Below are positions 27,044 to 32,000 of a stretch of DNA of 32,000 nt, piece by piece (within the stretch, counting starts at the first letter, position 1; every line of letters starts with the position of its first letter). The stretch spans positions 1 through 32,000 of the forward strand of contig NZ_JAYKGW010000117.1 in assembly GCF_035285525.1 (NCBI RefSeq), read 5' to 3'. Origin of the DNA: Okeania sp. Lineage in GTDB: Bacteria; Cyanobacteriota; Cyanobacteriia; Cyanobacteriales; Microcoleaceae. The notes under the pieces were generated by a model. It saw only the letters and a list, made by a program, of their open reading frames with translations. It was not told the origin of the DNA and did not search any database. The translations under genes were made by a program, and so were the position numbers.

Positions 27044-28405
27044 ATGTCCTTACCTATTGTAGCTATTATTGGCAGGCCAAATGTGGGCAAGTCCACAATT
27101 GTTAATCGCTTGGCCGAAAATCAAGATGCCATTGTCCACGACGAACCAGGTATAACACGCGATCGCACTTACCGTAACGCATATTGGCAAGACCGAGAGT
27201 TTCAAGTCGTAGATACCGGAGGTTTAGTCTTTGATGATAATACAGAATTTTTACCCCTCATCCGCGAACAGGCTATGGCCGCTTTAGCAGAAGCAAGTGT
27301 GGCCATTTTTGTAGTGGATGGACAAACTGGTATAACTGGAGGGGATGAAGAAATTGCCCAATGGCTCCGTCAACAACCTGTTCCGATTATTTTGGCGGTT
27401 AATAAGTGTGAATCTATCACGGAAGGATTGACCCAAGCTGCGATGTTTTGGGAATTAGGTTTAGGAGAACCTTATCCTATTTCTGGTATTCATGGCAATG
27501 GTACTGGGGAATTATTGGATGATTTAATTACCTATTTGCCAGCGATAGAAGAACTTCCTGAAACGAATGAAATTAGAGTAGCAATTGTTGGGCGTCCGAA
27601 TGTAGGTAAATCAAGTTTATTAAACGCATTTCTGGGAGAAAAACGAGCAATTGTTAGTCCTATTTCTGGTACGACAAGAGATGTTATTGATACATTAGTA
27701 AAACGTAATGGAAAAACATATCGTTTGATAGATACTGCCGGAATTAGAAAGAAGAAAAATGTGGAATATGGAGCCGAATTTTTTGGAATTAATCGAGCTT
27801 TTAAAGCTATTCGTCGGGCGGAAGTTATTCTGTTTGTAATTGATGCTTTAGATGGAGTAACAGAACAAGACCAAAAATTAGCAAATAGGATTATTGAAGA
27901 TGGTAGAGCTTGTGTTCTGGTGGTGAATAAATGGGATGCTGTGGAAAAGGATAATTATACAATTTATTCTTATGAACAAGAAATCAGATCGAGACTATAT
28001 TTTATGGAATGGGCGGAGATGATTTTTGTTAGTGCATTAACTGGAAAACGAGTCGAAAAAATTATAGAATTGGTCGATAATGCAGCTAATGAATATCAAC
28101 GTCGGGTGACAACTTCAGTAATTAATGAAGTGTTAGAGGAAGCTGTTAGTTGGAATTCTCCTCCGACTAATCGTCAAGGTCGTCAAGGCAAGATTTATTA
28201 TGGAACTCAAGTAACAAGTAAGCCTCCAACAATTGCCTTATTTGTAAATGATGCTAAACGCTTTCCTGATAATTATCGACGTTATATTCAAAGTCAATTT
28301 CGTCAACATTTAGGATTTAAAGGTACACCAATAAGATTACTTTGGCGAGGGAAAAAAGTTAGAGAAATGGAACAGAATACTGTTAATAGAGCAACTCGCG
28401 TTTAA
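27044..28405 (+). CDS. der: Ribosome-biogenesis GTPase Der (EngA)
   Basis: Two tandem G domains (GRPNVGKST at the N-terminus and GRPNVGKSS at residue ~183, each with DTGG/DTAG and NKxD) and a KH-like C-terminus. Confidence 0.95.
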   Translation: MSLPIVAIIGRPNVGKSTIVNRLAENQDAIVHDEPGITRDRTYRNAYWQDREFQVVDTGGLVFDDNTEFLPLIREQAMAALAEASVAIFVVDGQTGITGGDEEIAQWLRQQPVPIILAVNKCESITEGLTQAAMFWELGLGEPYPISGIHGNGTGELLDDLITYLPAIEELPETNEIRVAIVGRPNVGKSSLLNAFLGEKRAIVSPISGTTRDVIDTLVKRNGKTYRLIDTAGIRKKKNVEYGAEFFGINRAFKAIRRAEVILFVIDALDGVTEQDQKLANRIIEDGRACVLVVNKWDAVEKDNYTIYSYEQEIRSRLYFMEWAEMIFVSALTGKRVEKIIELVDNAANEYQRRVTTSVINEVLEEAVSWNSPPTNRQGRQGKIYYGTQVTSKPPTIALFVNDAKRFPDNYRRYIQSQFRQHLGFKGTPIRLLWRGKKVREMEQNTVNRATRV

Positions 28406-28429
28406 CTCAGTTATCAGTTATCAGCTTTT

Positions 28430-28571
28430 TCAGTAATCAGCTTTTTTAGTTTTTTCAGTTTGTTTGATGATGGAAAATAAGATTTTAGCAATCTCATCTG
28501 CATCCTGATGGATACTTTCAAATGGCAAATTGATAAGCTTTTTGATAAACAATACTGTTATTTATATCCAT
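28430..28571 (-). pseudogene. Possible remnant of a four-helix-bundle protein gene (23S rRNA intervening-sequence protein family) with a large internal deletion
   Basis: The minus strand reads MDINNSIVYQKAYQFAI-stop. In another frame it reads FESIHQDADEIAKILFSIIKQTEKTKKADY-stop. These look like the N- and C-terminal ends of that ~120-aa family. The assignment rests on recalled family motifs only. Confidence 0.35.
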
Positions 28572-28709
28572 AAACTTCTAAAAAAGCTAAAAACTGATAA
28601 CCTAAGATATGATAACTGATAACTGTTCACTAGAAAGAAGGTTTATTTATAAGCTATAGACCTTTTTGCCCTAAAGTCAGCTTGAGATATTCCTCCATTT
28701 GCTTCTGCT

Positions 28710-29058
28710 ATGTTTACTCCAATAGATGTTCTAGTTATTGAGAGTTGTTTAGATAGTACATATTCTTTTCACCTAGAAAATGTAGGAAAAACTATTTATC
28801 AAGTCAAACATGAATTACTTTCAGATTAAAAGCAACAGAAGTATATAATTCAGAGAAGGGAGTTTTATTACCATATTTTAATTTAGGGCGGACTCCTGAA
28901 GAGCAATTAGAGAAAAATAAACCTGCCATGGCTTCGGGAAAAGCCAGAATGGAAGAAATTAAAAGAAAGTACAACGGGAAAGATTTATCATTATGATTGT
29001 AATTTTAGATTCAGGAGTGCTAGCTTTACTAGCTAGTCCTATTTTTAAAAGATTCTAA
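28710..29058 (+). pseudogene. Decayed two-gene toxin-antitoxin-like module: a frameshifted upstream ORF plus a PIN-domain (VapC-like) toxin truncated after about 16-20 codons
   Basis: The upstream gene reads MFTPIDVLVIESCLDSTYSFHLENVGKTIYQVKHELLSD-stop and continues in another frame as ...LGRTPEEQLEKNKPAMASGKARMEEIKRKYNGKDLSL-stop. That stop overlaps the next ATG in an ATGA motif (28993-28996). The second gene reads MIVILDSGVLALLASP (PIN N-terminus, Asp at position 6) and then loses sense (stop at 29056-29058). Confidence 0.45.
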
Positions 29059-29733
29059 CCAGTTTAAGTCAGCAACTTTTGCTTCGATTCTGCTTTTTTC
29101 ATGTTTAAATACCCATTTTGATTTACCAAGTAAATCAAGTTCTTTGACTATTAAAATTATTTCACGATCATCTTTGAACAATAAATTTTCCTGAGATTCT
29201 TCAGAAAGGGAAAATTTAGGATTAATAGAAAAACTTGTGTTTTGAGTTAAGTAATATAATTGATATGCTTTTTGAAGTTCAGAATTTGGTTTTGGCAACT
29301 TATCTGTAATTAATAATAACTCTTTTTCGCTTGGTGATGTATAAATACCCAAAGGATTACTTTTAGTTTCTGGTGCTGATTCTTTTAGTATTTATTGTAA
29401 CTTTAATATTTCAGAACTATCATTTATTGTATCTCTATCACCAATAAACTTAATAATATCAAGCTTGGCTTTTGTCAGATATGAACAAATAGATTTAATA
29501 TTTATTTTTTGGTTAGCATCAACAGGATTTCAAATGTTTTTGAACCAAACAATAAATGAACCTTGCTCTATATTTTCTAATACTAAATTAGACTCAATTT
29601 CAACATCAAGATATTTAATTAAAGTATTATCTGTTACTTTGGAAAATTCTATGAGTTCCAACATAGCACGAAATACTCTTCCAGGGTCTTCTGTATCTTC
29701 TGCAAAATCAATTTTATAACCAAAATCTGCCAT
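29029..29733 (-). pseudogene. Unknown-function gene: a single 235-codon frame with two in-frame stops (TGA at 29530-29532, TAA at 29392-29394)
   Basis: The track ORFs 29530..29733 and 29029..29352 are in the same frame (381 nt apart). The stretch between them is open apart from the TAA at 29392-29394 and reads NPVDANQKINIKSICSYLTKAKLDIIKFIGDRDTINDSSEILKLQ-stop-ILKESAPETKSNPL. I recognise no family. Its 3' end overlaps the truncated PIN remnant. Confidence 0.5.
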
Positions 29734-29802
29734 TATTTATATTAAATATTTCTACTTAAAAACTTCTAGAAAATTCTACTTATATTACTACAAAACTTTA
29801 CG

Positions 29803-29829
29803 AAAAAAAAGGTGGAGTATACCCACCTC
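29803..29829 (-). terminator. Intrinsic terminator (minus strand) orphaned behind the alaS 3' remnant
   Basis: The minus strand reads AGGTGG-gtatact-CCACCT followed by a T run (the plus-strand A8 at 29803-29810). It lies about 13 nt downstream of the remnant stop codon at 29842-29844. Confidence 0.7.
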
Positions 29830-29841
29830 AAAAACTATAAC

Positions 29842-29916
29842 CTACTTCAACCCATTAACCAACTTCTTCTTCCCACTCTCCAACGCTTCCTTCAACTTAC
29901 TTAGGAGCGATCGCCC
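29842..29916 (-). pseudogene. alaS: Diverged duplicate of the last ~20 codons of alaS (3'-end remnant)
   Basis: 29843-29901 aligns by hand with 30811-30869 at about 54 of 59 positions. It translates as ...SKLKEALESGKKKLVNGLK-stop, against ...SKLKEALESAREKLVDGLK-stop in the live gene. Confidence 0.8.
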
Positions 29917-29967
29917 TTACTTTTTCATATATCAAATGTTAATAATTATAATTAAAATACAACTAAT

Positions 29968-30480
29968 TTATTTAAGTATTGATACTAACATCACATCCAA
30001 TGCTGATAGAATAGCTGCAAAACCAAGACAGAAAACAGCGCGATTTAACATCTTAGCTGTATCATTTCTAAGTTTATCTAACTCTATAATTGACTCATTC
30101 CAAACTTCAATTAACGAACGCCGATAATTCTCTTCAGGAATACTAAGACATTTCTCAATCAATCTTTGAGGCAGAATATTTGTTCCTCCTTTTTTCGGTT
30201 TAAATCCCCATAATCCAAAAAGCAAAGAAATAATTAAACTACAAAGAGTTAGTATTTTTAGAATTAAGCACATATTACACTTTAAACAAATGTCTGTGTC
30301 TGGCAGATTTAGAATTAGGGAATCATCAGGTAAATCTGATGAAAAACGAATCATAACAGCGTCAAAACCAATGACTGTTCCTAATTTAGTATTTAAAGTA
30401 TTTTTACTAGAATCTAAATCTTTTAAAACCTGCTGTGCATATTCGTAAATTAGTTGTATATTAGAGTTGTCCTTTTCCAT
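29968..30480 (-). CDS. Orphan 170-aa protein with two predicted transmembrane helices
   Basis: ATG-started ORF in AT-rich DNA. An N-terminal soluble helix region (IQLIYEYAQQVLKDLDSSKNTLNTKLGTVIGF) is followed by TM1 MCLILKILTLCSLIISLLFGLWGF. Next comes a basic or charged loop (KPKKGG...SIPEENYRRSLIEVW...LDKLRNDTAKMLNR), then TM2 AVFCLGFAAILSALDVMLVSIL at the C-terminus. Confidence 0.6.
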   Translation of the reverse strand: MEKDNSNIQLIYEYAQQVLKDLDSSKNTLNTKLGTVIGFDAVMIRFSSDLPDDSLILNLPDTDICLKCNMCLILKILTLCSLIISLLFGLWGFKPKKGGTNILPQRLIEKCLSIPEENYRRSLIEVWNESIIELDKLRNDTAKMLNRAVFCLGFAAILSALDVMLVSILK

Positions 30481-30490
30481 TAATTTAATT

Positions 30491-30649
30491 ATGTCTAATA
30501 ATTCACAACAAAGTGAAAACTCAAATCAGAAAGCGTCTCATACTTCTCAGGAATCAAAACCACCTAAACAACCTGAACAAAATGAACCAACTGTAAAGTT
30601 TGAACCTGAAGACAGAATACATATATGGAATAATAGTGAAGATATTTAA
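30491..30649 (+). CDS. Hypothetical 52-aa low-complexity hydrophilic ORF (doubtful)
   Basis: MSNNSQQSENSNQKASHTSQESKPPKQPEQNEPTVKFEPEDRIHIWNNSEDI. Its ATG lies only 10 nt from the divergent ATG of the 170-aa gene. I recognise no family and see no clear RBS. Confidence 0.25.
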   Translation: MSNNSQQSENSNQKASHTSQESKPPKQPEQNEPTVKFEPEDRIHIWNNSEDI

Positions 30650-30707
30650 AATCATGTAGATTGAAACTGCTAAATCAATAATTTTTAGGTGGGCTAGTGA
30701 TAATTAA

Positions 30708-30793
30708 TGTAGGTTGGGTTAAGCGACAGCGAACCCAACAAAAACGTTCATATACTGCGTTATGTTGGGTTTCGTTCCTCAACCCAACCTACA
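30708..30793. mobile_element. MITE-like element, family A (86-bp minimal copy) immediately after the live alaS stop
   Basis: The sequence is tgtaggttgggttaagcgacagcgaacccaaca...gttgggtttcgttcctcaacccaacctaca. It forms two hairpins (gttgggtt/aacccaac) that could serve as the present alaS terminator. Confidence 0.8.
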
Positions 30794-30809
30794 AGTAGGG
30801 AGCAAAAAT

Positions 30810-32000
30810 TTACTTCAACCCATCAACTAACTTCTCCCTCGCACTCTCCAACGCTTCCTTCAACTTACTCGGATCGCGACCCCCTGCTTGCGCTAAGTTC
30901 GGACGGCCTCCACCACCCCCTCCACACATTTTCGCTATCCCGCCAATAAATTTCCCTGCTTGCAAACCTTTACTATTCACAGATTTACTAAAAGCAGCAA
31001 CTAAACTAACTTTACCCTCAGCACCAGCACCCAATACCACAGCACTCTCACCCAACTTTTGCTGCAACCTCTCCGCTGCTGTCTTCAACGCCTCCGCATC
31101 AACACCAGGCATTTCCGCTACCAATATCTGAAACTCACCCACAGTCTCAGCATTCCCCAATAACTGGTCTGACTTAGCAACCGCTAACTCCCCTTTCAAC
31201 GCTTCCAACTGTTTTTGCGACTCCTTCAACTCCTGCTGCAAGTTACTCACCCGCTCCGATAACTCTTCCGGTTTTGCCTTAAAGCGATCGCTCAATTCTT
31301 TCACCACAACATCCCGGACGTTCAAATAATCTAATATTGCTAAACCTGCCACCGCTTCAATACGACGCACCCCAGAAGAAATGCCAGCTTCAGAAATAAT
31401 TTTAAACGCTCCTATTTCTGCCGTATTATTCACATGAGTTCCTCCACATAATTCCATCGACACTCCCGGATAGTCAACCACCCGCACCACATCGGCATAT
31501 TTTTCTCCAAACATGGCAACCGCTCCTTTTTCTTTTGCTACTGCCAATGGCATTTCCGCAACCGTCGCTGGATGTGCTTCCGCTATCCAACTATTTACCT
31601 GTGCTTCCACTTCCTCAACTTCCTCCGGTTTCAACCCCCGCGGAGAATTAAAATCAAACCGCAAACGGTCAAAAGATACCATCGAACCCGCTTGAGAAAT
31701 TGAGGAATCTACCAAAGAACGCAACGCTGCTTGTAATAAATGAGTTGCCGTATGGTTTGCCTGCGCTCGACGACGACAAACACCATCTATTTCCGCATTC
31801 ACTGTCATTCCTAATTTTAACCTGCCTTTTTCCACAGTACCGAAATGCACAAAAATATTATTCTGTTTCTGTACATCCTCTATCCGCACCACCACATTAT
31901 CCCCAGTCAGAAAACCGCGATCGCCTATTTGCCCTCCAGACTCAGCATAAAATGGCGTTTTGTCAAGAACAATTTGTACTTGACTACCCGTTTCCGCATC
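30810..32000 (-). CDS. alaS: Alanine--tRNA ligase, C-terminal ~396 aa (the gene continues beyond the right edge)
   Basis: The frame is open to position 32000 (DAETGSQVQIVLDKTPFYAESGGQIGDRGFLTGDNVVVRIEDV...). It has the editing-domain motifs HTATHLLQAAL and CGGTH, and the C-terminal DHHA1-type GGGGGGRPNLAQAGG. Confidence 0.95.
   Translation of the reverse strand, partial: DAETGSQVQIVLDKTPFYAESGGQIGDRGFLTGDNVVVRIEDVQKQNNIFVHFGTVEKGRLKLGMTVNAEIDGVCRRRAQANHTATHLLQAALRSLVDSSISQAGSMVSFDRLRFDFNSPRGLKPEEVEEVEAQVNSWIAEAHPATVAEMPLAVAKEKGAVAMFGEKYADVVRVVDYPGVSMELCGGTHVNNTAEIGAFKIISEAGISSGVRRIEAVAGLAILDYLNVRDVVVKELSDRFKAKPEELSERVSNLQQELKESQKQLEALKGELAVAKSDQLLGNAETVGEFQILVAEMPGVDAEALKTAAERLQQKLGESAVVLGAGAEGKVSLVAAFSKSVNSKGLQAGKFIGGIAKMCGGGGGGRPNLAQAGGRDPSKLKEALESAREKLVDGLK

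Noticed and set aside
29392-29532. In-frame TGA and TAA as programmed recoding (selenocysteine or readthrough).
   Set aside because: The two stops are different codons. I could not see a SECIS-like stem directly 3' of the TGA. The locus is surrounded by other decayed genes, so nonsense inactivation is the simpler reading.
2554-31695. Antisense ORFs inside confident genes: 2554..2856, 5311..5508, 8407..8691, 8412..8684, 12591..12821, 12884..13120, 12898..13176, 14665..14853, 14844..15173, 17740..17928, 22297..22497, 29465..29719, 29936..30127 and 31513..31695.
   Set aside because: Each is fully or mostly embedded opposite, or out of frame within, a gene or gene remnant. Their low-complexity or odd composition marks them as typical shadow ORFs of AT-rich DNA.

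Overview
This is a chromosomal segment of a filamentous, Nostocales-type cyanobacterium. The lineage call rests on many HIP1 GCGATCGC sites (e.g. 6740-6747, 7726-7733), STRR-like short tandem repeats, and the genes pxcA, opcA and a GUN4-domain gene. About 17 mostly housekeeping genes look intact: WcaF-like acetyltransferase, pxcA, thioredoxin, fabG, an AstE/AspA-type M14 protein, a class A PBP, agmatine deiminase, opcA, a GUN4-domain protein, an M16 peptidase, rimK plus a rimB-like protease, gcvT, a GH104 lytic transglycosylase, nadA, a NupC-type transporter, der, and the 3' part of alaS. Nearly every intergenic region is filled with small inverted-repeat (MITE-like) elements of at least six families, often nested, plus tandem repeats of 48 to 82 bp. 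I saw no rRNA, tRNA, CRISPR array, transposase or integrase. The accessory genes, in contrast, are decayed: an Ig-like adhesin remnant with an in-frame stop, a PDDEXK_2 nuclease pseudogene, a four-helix-bundle gene remnant, a truncated PIN toxin-antitoxin pair, and a 235-codon frame with two in-frame stops. The most interesting locus is the der-alaS interval (28.4-30.9 kb). There, a diverged duplicate of the alaS 3' end with an orphaned terminator lies 968 bp below the live alaS stop. The two copies bracket an AT-rich insert that encodes an orphan two-transmembrane protein. I do not see an intact multi-gene novel system. That islet is the best candidate, and every functional guess about it is inference. 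All coordinates and alignments were done by hand.
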